Counted from the stretch's first letter, positions 28,089-37,907 are shown. The stretch is DNA of 64,000 nucleotides from Candidatus Woesearchaeota archaeon (GCA_030651375.1 JAUSFM010000006.1:12646-76645), one strand, 5' to 3'. Notes: generated by a model not told the origin, from the sequence alone. Program-made: numbers and translations.

Positions 28089-29006
28089 TTATCCAAACTC
28101 GATACTGAACCGGTACTCAAGCGACCGCAATTCAATCGAGCCGCGCGATGGGTCATGCGCAATGAACGTGCGCCCATCATCCTTGCTTGCGCAAAAAACA
28201 TACACCATGCCGGTATGGCTGCGCAGTTTTTCCAATGAATCATCGGATGATAGGCTGCAATCATCATAGTGAACAGTTATGCGCTTATTCGTGAGAAATG
28301 GCCCCGTGTTCACCACATCCAGCCATTCTTCAACACAGGCATTGGCTGATTTTCCGGTGCTCTGCTGGCAGGAAACAATGCCCTTTGCCATTGTTTTTAC
28401 TTCAGTGCCAAGGAGCGTGTAGTCACCAAAATCAGTTGCTACCTCAGTGGCAAATGAAGCATTTGCGCCGAGTTCGCCGATGGGCGCACGCTTTTCCTTG
28501 ATGGTCACCGATTCTTTCCACAGCGTGCGTGCTTTTCCAGTAATCTGCATTCCGGTTGGCGTCGGTGTTGTCTCAATAGCAAACGTAGAATTGCCGCCGC
28601 GGTTGATTGGTTTCAGATACACATTCAGTGCGTCATTGAGATATGTTTCAAACGCTTGTGTGGGAACCGGCAGGCAAAATTTGGTTGCATTTTCCCGCAT
28701 CCATATCGGAGCGCCATTGGTATCACCACAAGCGGGCTTTTCATAAAATCCGCCGTGCTGTGCCATTGAAAATATCGCGGAAGATGCTGCGTACGGCGCT
28801 GCTTCACGCACAAACAGCTGTTCGTCAGCAAGCAGTACATCCGTGCGAAGCATGGCGAGCTGTTGTTCTCCGATATACTGGGGAAGGTCAGATGGTTTTT
28901 TTAGCGCGCTCATGCCCAAAAATGTTACCACGCCGATGATAAGTCCCAGTACTGCCAGAATGAGAATCACCGTTGCTTTTTTGTTGTTCTTTTTGAAAAG
29001 GATCAT
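28089..29006 (-). CDS. Class III signal peptide (pilin-like) protein
   Basis: NNKKA|TVILILAVLGLIIG. Confidence 0.75.
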   Translation of the reverse strand: MILFKKNNKKATVILILAVLGLIIGVVTFLGMSALKKPSDLPQYIGEQQLAMLRTDVLLADEQLFVREAAPYAASSAIFSMAQHGGFYEKPACGDTNGAPIWMRENATKFCLPVPTQAFETYLNDALNVYLKPINRGGNSTFAIETTPTPTGMQITGKARTLWKESVTIKEKRAPIGELGANASFATEVATDFGDYTLLGTEVKTMAKGIVSCQQSTGKSANACVEEWLDVVNTGPFLTNKRITVHYDDCSLSSDDSLEKLRSHTGMVYVFCASKDDGRTFIAHDPSRGSIELRSLEYRFSIEFG

Positions 29007-29013
29007 GATTGTT

Positions 29014-29538
29014 TCACCCATAGAACTTCGGCTCACGCGCCGTGCGCAGCCGTGCCGTAATAGTTATGCCTGGTTTTTGTGTTGGAATTTTTATTTCATA
29101 CGAGGTAATAACCCCACTTGGCACACCACCGATGGTGATTGTTCCTTCAGGATATTGGTATTCAAAAGTTACTTCTCCTTGCCAAAACCACGTCTCTTTT
29201 AGCAGGTCGTTCAGTTCTTGTTCGCGCTCATTTTTCGGCGTAGGATTTGTCATGCGCACCACATCAATAATGCGCAGCCCTTCTGCCTCAAGCGCAGTTC
29301 CCAGCTCATGATTTTTTGTTATTTCCTGCGTCACTGGCTGCAGGAGATAGGTTCGAAGCACCTGCGCGCTGGTCAGCACCGATTGTTGTTCCTGCACTGC
29401 CTCGCGCACGCTTCCCCTGCTCAATGCAAGCAGGTTAAAAATGACAAAAAAGAAAATAGCGCCGAGTACGACTGCGATGATTGCCTCGGTTGGGTCCGGC
29501 GGGTTCAATCCTTTTTTATTGTGAAATAGAGTGCGCAT
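29014..29538 (-). CDS. Class III signal peptide (pilin-like) protein
   Basis: HNKKG| followed by a hydrophobic helix. Confidence 0.75.
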   Translation of the reverse strand: MRTLFHNKKGLNPPDPTEAIIAVVLGAIFFFVIFNLLALSRGSVREAVQEQQSVLTSAQVLRTYLLQPVTQEITKNHELGTALEAEGLRIIDVVRMTNPTPKNEREQELNDLLKETWFWQGEVTFEYQYPEGTITIGGVPSGVITSYEIKIPTQKPGITITARLRTAREPKFYG

Positions 29539-29541
29539 TGT

Positions 29542-30810
29542 TTATTCCTCTTTTTTTGATGAAACAACCAGCAGGCCGCGCTTTACCGTTCCCTGGCCGG
29601 CAATAAGCACGGGCAGTGGCTCTTTGACAATTTTTTTTGTGGTGGCGCACTGCGCGAAATTAGTCGTTTGGAGTTCTTTAATGATTTTCTGCTCGCCAAA
29701 CCGGTAGTCATACAGCTCCAGCTTAAAGCACTGCTTCTGTGCTGCTGCCGGCGGTATCATAAAACACTTGTCAAGCTGCTCTTGCGTAAACCGCGAAACA
29801 TCAATAACACTGGCGCCATCAACCGCAAAACAGTCCGGCGAATTAACGAGCCGGTAGAGCGCAACAGCTTTTTCAGCGCCAGGATACGCAGTATTTTCTG
29901 TCTGCGCTGCGCGGTCAGCAATCATGATAAACAGGCCCATGCCAGCGACCAGCGCAATCAGCGCAAAAAAATACAAAAATACCTTGCTCGGAATGAGCGA
30001 AATTCCCTTTCTGCTTTCAACGCGCTGATGCAGCAGAAAAATCACCAGTGCAATGAGCATAAGCAAAACGGTGCCAACGCCTGCTATCAACGCGCTTGTG
30101 CCCAAGGCCTGCTGTTTTTCCGGCCGTACGAGCTGGTCACGCATTGCCTCAAGTCGGCAGTCAATATCTGTGATGATGCACATACTATCACACATGCCAT
30201 CCTGCACCGCGGCGCAGAGCCATTCTTTTTTGTTGCAGTCAGCCAGGCAGGTGTCCTGCTCAAAATATTCGCACACTCCATTGCCGCACAAGCAGTCCGG
30301 GTCAGCGCCCGGGCAGGTTGGCTCGCACACGCCATCTTTTATTTTTGTGCAGAGGTCTGATTGTTGTGGGACGTGTGCAAGCGCTGCTGCAAGCACTTCT
30401 GCGGTGCGCATGAGCGCCGCATGTTTCCGATCCTGGGCGGTTCTGATATTCTCGTTTTGCAATTCTTCGTCAAATGTCAGGAGCGCTTGTTTAACTTCAG
30501 TATCGCTCAACACTTTTTGTTCTGGTTGGGCAATGCGTATTTTTCCTTCTCGGTCAGCGTAGAAGAGGAGCATTCTGCACGTTTTTTTCTTCTGGGTAAA
30601 CAAGGCCAGTGTGTCATTTAGATTTCCTTCCTTTGCCGCGTGAATGCACAAATCTTCTCCGCTTATGTCTTTGAGAATCTTTTTTTCAACACTGCTCAAC
30701 AGGCCGGCAGTATCACTCACGGTTGCAGCAGCACTCAGGCTCAAAAGTATGCAGAGCACCACAACCATACTCACTCTGCCCACTATTCCGGCGTGCTTAG
30801 CTTGCTTCAT
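29542..30810 (-). CDS. Membrane protein: secreted domain, Cys-rich repeats, TM, internal pilin-like module
   Basis: Sec-type signal; DGVCEPTCPGADPDC-type repeats; TM; then ESRKG|ISLIP followed by a hydrophobic helix. Confidence 0.7.
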   Translation of the reverse strand: MKQAKHAGIVGRVSMVVVLCILLSLSAAATVSDTAGLLSSVEKKILKDISGEDLCIHAAKEGNLNDTLALFTQKKKTCRMLLFYADREGKIRIAQPEQKVLSDTEVKQALLTFDEELQNENIRTAQDRKHAALMRTAEVLAAALAHVPQQSDLCTKIKDGVCEPTCPGADPDCLCGNGVCEYFEQDTCLADCNKKEWLCAAVQDGMCDSMCIITDIDCRLEAMRDQLVRPEKQQALGTSALIAGVGTVLLMLIALVIFLLHQRVESRKGISLIPSKVFLYFFALIALVAGMGLFIMIADRAAQTENTAYPGAEKAVALYRLVNSPDCFAVDGASVIDVSRFTQEQLDKCFMIPPAAAQKQCFKLELYDYRFGEQKIIKELQTTNFAQCATTKKIVKEPLPVLIAGQGTVKRGLLVVSSKKEE

Positions 30811-31312
30811 ACGCAACAACGCCTCCTTCATTAACGATTTTAATGCGGGTGACCGGGCTGGAGCCAAGCACAAGTTCATCGACGGTTGTTGGTTCAGGAA
30901 CCAGTGCAACCTTGCTGCCGAGTTTCACCACAAACAATTCCGCTGTACCTGAGAGCCGAGTATAGACCATACTGGGAATCTGGATTATCTGTTGGATGGA
31001 TGTTTCAATTCCGGTGATTTTTTCCACGCTCACAGTGTCAGCAACTGCGATTTTGTACACCTTCATGTCTCGATGAGAATAATTCAGCACCATCTTTTCT
31101 GCGCGCATGCCTGCTGCTGTTTCCATAGTCAGTGCGAGATCGTTGGCAAGGTACTGGCTGGTCATCTGCGCGCCTTTGCTGATGGCAACGCCTTGGTTGA
31201 TGAAAAAAAGAATCAGCATGCCGCCGATAAATACTTCGAATGCTACAGCGAGGGTTTCCAGCCATGCCTGGCCTTTTTTGTTTGTGTGGTGCTTGTGATA
31301 GTGCCTGCTCAT
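30797..31312 (-). CDS. Class III signal peptide (pilin-like) protein
   Basis: NKKG|QAWLETLAVAFEVFIGG. Confidence 0.75.
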   Translation of the reverse strand: MSRHYHKHHTNKKGQAWLETLAVAFEVFIGGMLILFFINQGVAISKGAQMTSQYLANDLALTMETAAGMRAEKMVLNYSHRDMKVYKIAVADTVSVEKITGIETSIQQIIQIPSMVYTRLSGTAELFVVKLGSKVALVPEPTTVDELVLGSSPVTRIKIVNEGGVVAYEAS

Positions 31313-32577
31313 GCAACTGCCTCTGCACATTTTTTATTGTTCCATGCACACGATAGACTGCAACTGTACGTCGCGCATGCCTCGGCGTTGTCAAAGGTTG
31401 CGCAGGTTGTTTCCGTGGTGCACTGGTTGCAGGTTTTTTTATCAACACCTCGATAGCAGATATCCTTTGGTTCGGTGTTAGTGCACACAGCAAACGAACG
31501 TACAGTGCAGTCAATTGTTTCACGCGTGTTTTTTGCTGCATTTTTCACTGCAGGGTCTGATGCAAATGTCTCTGCCAGCGTTAATGCGGCTCGTCCCTCA
31601 TCATATTTCTTCTGTTTCACCATGCTCATAGCGCGGAGGAAATAGGTTTTGTCATGCTCTTCTCCATTAAGAATATATTCAGTCCCTTCAACCACCGTCC
31701 CCATGCCGGTTTCACGGCCAACTGCATTGCCGGGAAACCCTTTCCCCTGTTGCTCGGCTTCCATCAGCATAAGATCGTTGAAGAGCGTTTCTGCTGCGGC
31801 ATAATTTCCAGTGTCGTATTCTTTTTCTGCTTCAGCAAATTTTGTGTGCGCCTCGACAAATAATTTTTGCTGGTCTTCCATGCCGCGCTTGATGCAGGGC
31901 TGGTCCATGCACAGCGCAATGCCATAAGCACTTTTTTCAATGGTTATCTGGGGCTCTGGCAGGATGTTGTGGAAGCCAAGGTAAACATCGTGCTGCACAG
32001 CACCTTGACTACGGTCTCCACCAATATTCTCGTTGCGCGTGAGCATGAAGCCTCCTTTCCAGTATGTAGTATCAACGCTGTCGTGCTCTGCACGGTTCAT
32101 GTTGAAGAATTCCTGATCAAATGGAGCGCAGCTTTCCTTTTCCCATTCGAGTTTGAAAAGGTAGGGAACTGCCGTCGCACTTTCCCGTTTTATCGTCGGT
32201 GTTTCCAGCAGGCAGAGGCATGCCTTTCCGATCGTGCAGTCTGCCGGGCGCTCAGCAAGCAGAATGGTCATACTACTTTTATCGGCTCCGTTCCCTGTAG
32301 GTGCAAGCTTCTTGAGCGTGGTCGCCGTGCTCGAAAATCCGAGAAGCGCATAGTTGCTGCCAAGGTAACCAACAACAACATCACTGCTTCCTGCAGGTTT
32401 TTGTTCGATTGCTTTCACCACAGAAACCAGCTCCTTAAATTTCGCGTCGGGCCTGCCGCTCAATCCTTCACGGAAAATGTTGGTGCAGGAAACCGCGATG
32501 GCAACAATGAGCATAATCGATAGAATAAGGCCTATGGTAAAGCTTAAATCACCCTTTTTATTGTGCGTGATACTCAT
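31309..32577 (-). CDS. Pilin-like protein with TPR-like helices and Cys-rich C-terminus
   Basis: HNKKG|DLSFTIGLIL; GNYAAAETLF and KYDEGRAAL TPR-like segments. Confidence 0.75.
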   Translation of the reverse strand: MSITHNKKGDLSFTIGLILSIMLIVAIAVSCTNIFREGLSGRPDAKFKELVSVVKAIEQKPAGSSDVVVGYLGSNYALLGFSSTATTLKKLAPTGNGADKSSMTILLAERPADCTIGKACLCLLETPTIKRESATAVPYLFKLEWEKESCAPFDQEFFNMNRAEHDSVDTTYWKGGFMLTRNENIGGDRSQGAVQHDVYLGFHNILPEPQITIEKSAYGIALCMDQPCIKRGMEDQQKLFVEAHTKFAEAEKEYDTGNYAAAETLFNDLMLMEAEQQGKGFPGNAVGRETGMGTVVEGTEYILNGEEHDKTYFLRAMSMVKQKKYDEGRAALTLAETFASDPAVKNAAKNTRETIDCTVRSFAVCTNTEPKDICYRGVDKKTCNQCTTETTCATFDNAEACATYSCSLSCAWNNKKCAEAVA

Positions 32578-32852
32578 GAATATCCTTTGAACTCTTTTTT
32601 TGATTAACTTTTATTTTAATCAACTGTTACGAAAACAGATTTTGCACGACCTGCAAAACCAGGGCAAGATACGAACTGCCGTTCGCACCTTCTGTTTTTC
32701 TCGCGGGGTAAAAATCCGGCCCCGGATTTTTACCGTGGTGTGTTTCATGCGAGTGCTGTTGCATCGCCCTATTTCCTTACCAGTTCGTTTCTTGCCGTTC
32801 CGGTTCGTGTTGGTTGGTACAGTACACTATCATTCTATTACCCGTGTTCGTT

Positions 32853-33209
32853 CTAACACACCGTCGCTTGCCTACATTCCATCGTCGTGCCGCAGGCCGT
32901 TTGCGTTTCAAGACAGCCGTACCGTTCGCTGCTCGGATTTTTATCCATGCTGCCTGCTTGCTGCGCAAGCCGCGGGTCACAGGCCTTTGCCGGGCAGAGG
33001 TCGTTCATGTTGATGATGCCGTCGTTGTCAGCGTCGCCGAAGTCGCCGAACTCCTCACTGCTGTATCTTTTTGCGCTGTCAGCAAAGGACATTCTGCTTT
33101 TCATCAGCACATACCCACCGATGGCAATAACCAGCAGGACCAGAATAATGGTCAGCCAATCTGCCTCTGCTTTTTTGTTGTTAAACAGTTTGTTTTTCAT
33201 ATGCTTCAT
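32853..33209 (-). CDS. Small pilin-like protein with TSP3-like Ca-binding motif
   Basis: NNKKA|EADWLTIILVLL; DADNDGIINMNDLCP. Confidence 0.75.
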   Translation of the reverse strand: MKHMKNKLFNNKKAEADWLTIILVLLVIAIGGYVLMKSRMSFADSAKRYSSEEFGDFGDADNDGIINMNDLCPAKACDPRLAQQAGSMDKNPSSERYGCLETQTACGTTMECRQATVC

Positions 33210-33925
33210 GAGGTCACCTTCTGTGTCTGCGCATCCTGAACCGCTGGCACTGGATTACCCCGAACAGGAACTGCGTTTCCCGGATTCAGCTGATAGTTGA
33301 TTTCCCTGCCCTGCACGCGAACATCTGAAATTGTGCCAATGCCAACTGCAATGAGACGCTTGCTGGTTGCATCGTACTTCAATCCTCCTTTATCATCCGG
33401 CACAAAACTGGCAATCTCCCATCCTGCCGTATTTTCTTCTGCATAGCCGCCGGGCTGTCCTTTATACAGCACGGTTATTTTTTCTATTTGCGCGGTGTCA
33501 ATGCTGTCGAGTGCCGCATCGTCCGGATTTTCCACCACATCGCGGGCAGTAACACGATGCGTTTTCAAGCCGCGGGTGAAATCAGCAAACGCAATTTTTT
33601 CAGTTGCGGTAAAATCATAATCAACACAGACATAACATGTTTCGCCGGTAAATCCAGTGCGGTGAATTTCGCCGATAAACGTGATTTCAATGTCAATATC
33701 TCCGCCCGCGCTTTGCAGGAACTCCTCAACAACACCCTTGTGTGATTGCAGCGTCGCGATGGTATATTGTGTTGATGGCTTTTCATTTTCAATATATCCC
33801 AGCTGGCTTGCCGTGCTGACCACGCGTGGCAGTAATTCACGGAACACTATAACCGCAACAACGGCAAGCAGTGCAAGGAGCAGGATAAACGTGAGCCAGC
33901 CGAATCCTTTTTTGTTTTGTTTCAT
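33206..33925 (-). CDS. Class III signal peptide (pilin-like) protein
   Basis: MKQNKKG|FGWLTFILLLALL. Confidence 0.75.
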   Translation of the reverse strand: MKQNKKGFGWLTFILLLALLAVVAVIVFRELLPRVVSTASQLGYIENEKPSTQYTIATLQSHKGVVEEFLQSAGGDIDIEITFIGEIHRTGFTGETCYVCVDYDFTATEKIAFADFTRGLKTHRVTARDVVENPDDAALDSIDTAQIEKITVLYKGQPGGYAEENTAGWEIASFVPDDKGGLKYDATSKRLIAVGIGTISDVRVQGREINYQLNPGNAVPVRGNPVPAVQDAQTQKVTS

Positions 33926-33952
33926 TGAATCTCCTCTATCAGTTTCCTCTAT

Positions 33953-34138
33953 CTATTCCCTTGCATTGTGCAATGCATCAGTCAGTTTTTCTTGTGTTGC
34001 CGTTGGGCTGGGCAAAAACTTTTTTGCCAGCAGATATCCAACCACCACAACCGTGGCGAGGAACAACGCAAGCAGCACCCAAAACCAGACGGTTGCGGAA
34101 AATCCAGTTTCACCTTGTGCCTTGCGGTGCTGCATCAT
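33953..34138 (-). CDS. Small pilin-like membrane peptide
   Basis: HRKA|QGETG followed by a TM helix. Confidence 0.6.
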   Translation of the reverse strand: MMQHRKAQGETGFSATVWFWVLLALFLATVVVVGYLLAKKFLPSPTATQEKLTDALHNARE

Positions 34139-34200
34139 CCGCATCTTTTCCAGTTTTAATCCTTCAGTAACTGTACGAATCATGTTCCACCTCATCCACC

Positions 34201-34989
34201 TCAACTCGTGAGTCGTTCTCCAGACCAGCCATCCATGAGCCGGCACTGGCCTGCCTGATTCTGCTCGTCAATATAAACCACTTGGTAGCGTGTTTCCTCG
34301 ATGTTTTGAACGCCGGTTGCTTCAGACAGTTTTCCACTGCTCAGCTTATCCACCACCCAATACTCTGCCTGTCCCACCCGTTCAGCAAGCCAGCCGGGTG
34401 AAAACTCCGCCAGCATCACGGTGTAATACTGTCCCTGCTTAATGTCGGGCGTCAATGACGGATTTTCAGCAACCGCTTCCAGCGTGTCGCCGTTGATGTA
34501 GGAAAACAAAGACTTTCCATTTGGTAAATATATATTTTTCATGTCGCTCATGACTGTTTCTTTTCGAAGGGGACTCGCGATATTTTTTGCCTGAAACGTA
34601 AAGCATGGCACGCATTGAATGCGGGGACCGAACGGCAGGGGGAGGCGATATCTTCCACCGCCCCATTTTTCCCAGCAGCGCTTCATCAGATTGGTGACCT
34701 GAAATTCTGCCTTGGTCGGGTCTTTGTCTTCAATTACTTCCGGCTCTTTGGGAATGCACGCAGCAGGAATATCCTTGGCAATTTCCCCTTCTTTCAGCTT
34801 GTTGAAAAAATAATTTTGCACACGGAGCTGCTCAAAGCAGGATTCATCGCTTGCTATTGGTTCGCAGCCCTTGAAAAAAAATATGAGAAAGGCTGTGATG
34901 GCGATGGCTGAAATAATAATAAGGATGTGCTCTTGGATAAAGTCAAGAATTCCTCCCTGCGCTTTTTTTCCGTTAAACAACACGTGCAT
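34201..34989 (-). CDS. Class III signal peptide (pilin-like) protein
   Basis: GKKA|QGGIL..., CWEKWGGG, CVPCF. Confidence 0.75.
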   Translation of the reverse strand: MHVLFNGKKAQGGILDFIQEHILIIISAIAITAFLIFFFKGCEPIASDESCFEQLRVQNYFFNKLKEGEIAKDIPAACIPKEPEVIEDKDPTKAEFQVTNLMKRCWEKWGGGRYRLPLPFGPRIQCVPCFTFQAKNIASPLRKETVMSDMKNIYLPNGKSLFSYINGDTLEAVAENPSLTPDIKQGQYYTVMLAEFSPGWLAERVGQAEYWVVDKLSSGKLSEATGVQNIEETRYQVVYIDEQNQAGQCRLMDGWSGERLTS

Positions 34990-35248
34990 CACCCGCATCA
35001 CTCTCGTTTTTTAGTGCAAGGCAGCACGCATTGGTTGGCGATGCACATTTCAGGTGCGCAACGTCGCTGTATCCTATTGGGCATTGTTCGAACTGGCAGG
35101 TGGTGCCCTGCATACTTTCACACGCAAACACGCCTGCGCTCGGCTTGGCAAGATAATTTTTGACAATGATAATCAGCACAATAAGAAGTACGATTCCTAT
35201 AACAATTTTCTTCAGCTCCTCTTGCGCTTTTTTGTTCTGGTACATCAT
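34973..35248 (-). CDS. Small pilin with six-Cys C-terminal domain
   Basis: NKKA|QEELKKIVIGIVLL; C..C..C..C..CC. Confidence 0.75.
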   Translation of the reverse strand: MMYQNKKAQEELKKIVIGIVLLIVLIIIVKNYLAKPSAGVFACESMQGTTCQFEQCPIGYSDVAHLKCASPTNACCLALKNESDAGDARVV

Positions 35249-35364
35249 GCGCCCCACCTCGGCAGTTTGTACCAGAGCAGCGCGGTGAAAATAACCGCGA
35301 GCACAAGGAAGAGAATAAGATAGAGAATAAACTTGAGCGCAAACGTACCTGTACGAGATTCCAT
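35245..35364 (-). CDS. Small single-TM peptide, possibly pilin-like (39 aa)
   Basis: Not in the track: MESRTGTFALKFILYLILFLVLAVIFTALLWYKLPRWGA; stop overlaps the next start (ATGA). Confidence 0.55.
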   Translation of the reverse strand: MESRTGTFALKFILYLILFLVLAVIFTALLWYKLPRWGA

Positions 35365-35418
35365 CACTCTTTTCATGCCCTAAAAAGGGCTATGAGTATT
35401 TATAATGATTTCGCTGAT

Positions 35419-36318
35419 TCACTTCTCAGCGCGCACAAGAACATATTCAAGAAGCCCGTCCTTATGCGCTTTGTACAACGAATAATCACACCAGAATCCA
35501 AGCATGGTTGCAAACCTTCCCCTAATTTTTCTCTGGCGCGCAACATTGTCCGGCCGCTGCGCTTCGTGATAATAGCCCGGAATGGTTTGCGCCCCCACTT
35601 TTTGTATGGTGACGTTGCGGAAGCCGGCGTTTTCCAGCTGGGCCTTGTATTGTTCTGGTGTTACCACATTTGCTTTTGGGCACCGCCAAAGAAACCGTGC
35701 CGCATGCACCTTGATTTTTTCCATGATTTTTTTTGGCTGGTGATTCACCAGATAATCAGCAATGCTCACCACACCTCCCGGCTGCAGCACACGGTATGCT
35801 TCACGCATAAAATCTTCGCGCGTGTTGAAATGCACCGTGCCCTCAATACTGGTGACGTGCGAAAATGTCGTATCTGGAAATGGCAACTTGGTTGCCGTGC
35901 CATGGTGCGCAGTGATATGCTTGGCAAGCCCTGCTTTTTGCGCCCGCTGTTTTGTCCATTCAACATGCTTCCACGTCACATCCAATGCCTCAATTGTACA
36001 TCCAAACGTGGTGTGCAAGAAAACATCCTGCGTGCCCATGCCGCAGCCGACGTCAAGCAGCCTGCTTTCTTTTGTAAGGCCGGCCATGGTGCCGATTCTG
36101 TGCACAAGATTTTCTGCTGCGGCAACATAGTCAGTTATACCATCTTCCCACAGGCCGAAGTTCAGGTAGCCGTTGTGGTACTCGCCGAAATTTTCAGCCC
36201 CAACGCCATAGAATTTTTCAACGCGTGACTCGTGGGTTTTGGTGCCCCATGCCGTGCGGGTGCTCGGTACCTGTTTTGCTTTTTTTTGCTTTAATTGTTT
36301 TTGTTTTAATCGTTTCAC
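35419..36318 (-). CDS. Class I SAM-dependent methyltransferase (sterol/tocopherol/RebM-like)
   Basis: YLNFGLWE, LLDVGCGMG, LPFPDTTF, RVLQPGG; GTG start after GGTGG. Confidence 0.88.
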   Translation of the reverse strand: MKRLKQKQLKQKKAKQVPSTRTAWGTKTHESRVEKFYGVGAENFGEYHNGYLNFGLWEDGITDYVAAAENLVHRIGTMAGLTKESRLLDVGCGMGTQDVFLHTTFGCTIEALDVTWKHVEWTKQRAQKAGLAKHITAHHGTATKLPFPDTTFSHVTSIEGTVHFNTREDFMREAYRVLQPGGVVSIADYLVNHQPKKIMEKIKVHAARFLWRCPKANVVTPEQYKAQLENAGFRNVTIQKVGAQTIPGYYHEAQRPDNVARQRKIRGRFATMLGFWCDYSLYKAHKDGLLEYVLVRAEK

Positions 36319-36430
36319 TCTGCCACCTAAAAAAGAGAAAATGTGGGGGGTATTTAATGATTTCTTTTCAATCAACTTTAAATACCCATCTACCTTGTGT
36401 TCTCTCATCAACCAAAAAAGAGGCGATACT

Positions 36431-36682
36431 ATGAATCCAAAAAAAGTTGCAGTAACAGTGGGCATTATGTTTGCGGTGTTCCACACGCTGGGCGTGCTGC
36501 TGGTGCAGAAAGGCATGCTGGACTACTGGGGCAAGGTGCACCTTGTTTCAATCCAACACACGGTTCAACCCTTTATGCTCATGCCGTTTGTGCAGGGCAT
36601 TGTGACTGCGATTGTTTCCGGCCTTGTTGTTGGCTGGGTATTTGCAACCGTATGGAACTGGGTGGATAAGAAAGTCAAATAA
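36431..36682 (+). CDS. Small 2-TM membrane protein (DUF5676-like)
   Basis: MNPKKVAVTVG..FHTL...GWVFATVWN; RBS GAGG. Confidence 0.7.
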   Translation: MNPKKVAVTVGIMFAVFHTLGVLLVQKGMLDYWGKVHLVSIQHTVQPFMLMPFVQGIVTAIVSGLVVGWVFATVWNWVDKKVK

Positions 36683-36710
36683 GTTTATTTTTTTAATTCT
36701 CTTTTCTTTT

Positions 36711-36962
36711 TTATGCTATTTCCTGTCCGGGATTCTCTGCCTGGCAGCACACCTGCCCTTCAGTGCATGTTCCGCTGGACACCATATAATAACCAGATTC
36801 ACATTTGTCTGGCATGCACTGCCCGCCCATGCTCTTGCACTGCGCAGCGTTCGCCACTGGTGCATACACATAGTTCTTGATGATAATAACCATCACAATA
36901 ATGACGACGAGAATAAGAAGAATGTTTTTTAAATCAGTCCACTGGGCTTTTTGGTTGGCCAT
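36711..36962 (-). CDS. Small pilin with six-Cys C-terminal domain
   Basis: NQKA|QWTDL; CKSMGGQCMPDKC...C.....CC. Confidence 0.78.
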   Translation of the reverse strand: MANQKAQWTDLKNILLILVVIIVMVIIIKNYVYAPVANAAQCKSMGGQCMPDKCESGYYMVSSGTCTEGQVCCQAENPGQEIA

Positions 36963-36970
36963 AGTCTCGC

Positions 36971-37261
36971 TCACACCGAACAGCAGGCGCCACTGTCGCA
37001 GTCTGCATTGACGATACTTCCACCGCGGTTTGTGCAGTCACTTTCATCTCGGCAGATGCGCGGGGTTCCCGGGATTTCACAGGCGTTGCCGGTAAATGCT
37101 TCCTGCTGCTTGCCGACTTGGGTGCTGCTCTCGCGCAGTTTGCCCGTAAAAATAACGATGATGACAACGAGCACAATCAGCGCGAGCACCGCAACAATAA
37201 TAGTGTTAATGCTCATGCTTTGCGCTTTGGTTCCTGCTGCACTTTTTTGCTTCAGCGTCAT
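36971..37261 (-). CDS. Small pilin with six-Cys C-terminal domain
   Basis: TKA|QSMSINTIIVAVLALIVLVVIIVIFTGK. Confidence 0.8.
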   Translation of the reverse strand: MTLKQKSAAGTKAQSMSINTIIVAVLALIVLVVIIVIFTGKLRESSTQVGKQQEAFTGNACEIPGTPRICRDESDCTNRGGSIVNADCDSGACCSV

Positions 37262-37521
37262 GATTCATCTCCTGCAATAACACAGCACACGCTGCCCTGC
37301 TGGCAGTCGCTGGAGAATGTTGCTGACTGAATCATGTTCTGTGGGCATGTTTCGCGGCATTCACCCTGATATTTTCCAAACGACAGCAGGCCGCCGCACT
37401 TGGTCACATCCTTGCTCGTCTGGGCAGTCTTGCCCGTGAAGATAATTATAACTACCACAATAATAACGAGTGCAAGAAGCATGGCAACAATCTGATTCCA
37501 GGCAAGTTCAGCCTTTTTCAT
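37258..37521 (-). CDS. Small pilin with six-Cys C-terminal domain
   Basis: MKKA|ELAWNQIVAMLLALVIIVVVIIIFTGK. Confidence 0.8.
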   Translation of the reverse strand: MKKAELAWNQIVAMLLALVIIVVVIIIFTGKTAQTSKDVTKCGGLLSFGKYQGECRETCPQNMIQSATFSSDCQQGSVCCVIAGDES

Positions 37522-37532
37522 GTCGTGCCTTT

Positions 37533-37808
37533 TTATCCTTCAATATTCTGCTCGGTACCTGCGATGTTCAGGCAGCAGATGCCTTGGTCAGGGCAGGTGT
37601 AGCCGCTCATGACTTTCTGCTCTGCACCGCCGCATTCACTGGCATCAGCAATGCACACTGCATTGTTGCCGAGCGTTGCGCAGTTCTTGGTCTCCTTAGT
37701 GAAGCCGCCAATCTTGCCGGTAAAAATCATGGCAAGAACGACAAGAACAAGCAATGCAAGAATTGCAATGATAATCGCGTTCAGGGAAATTCCTTGTGCT
37801 TTTTTCAT
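37533..37808 (-). CDS. Small pilin with six-Cys domain (candidate major pilin)
   Basis: MKKA|QGISLNAIIIAILALLVLVVLAMIFTGK; GAGGTG RBS; own TTTATAAA promoter at ~37856-37863. Confidence 0.8.
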   Translation of the reverse strand: MKKAQGISLNAIIIAILALLVLVVLAMIFTGKIGGFTKETKNCATLGNNAVCIADASECGGAEQKVMSGYTCPDQGICCLNIAGTEQNIEG

Positions 37809-37907
37809 ATCTCTGCACCTCACTTATTGGTTAAGATGATATGGGTGGGGAGGGTTTATAAATTTTGTGACGATTGACTACATCTACTTCATCATCTAGT
37901 AACCCGT

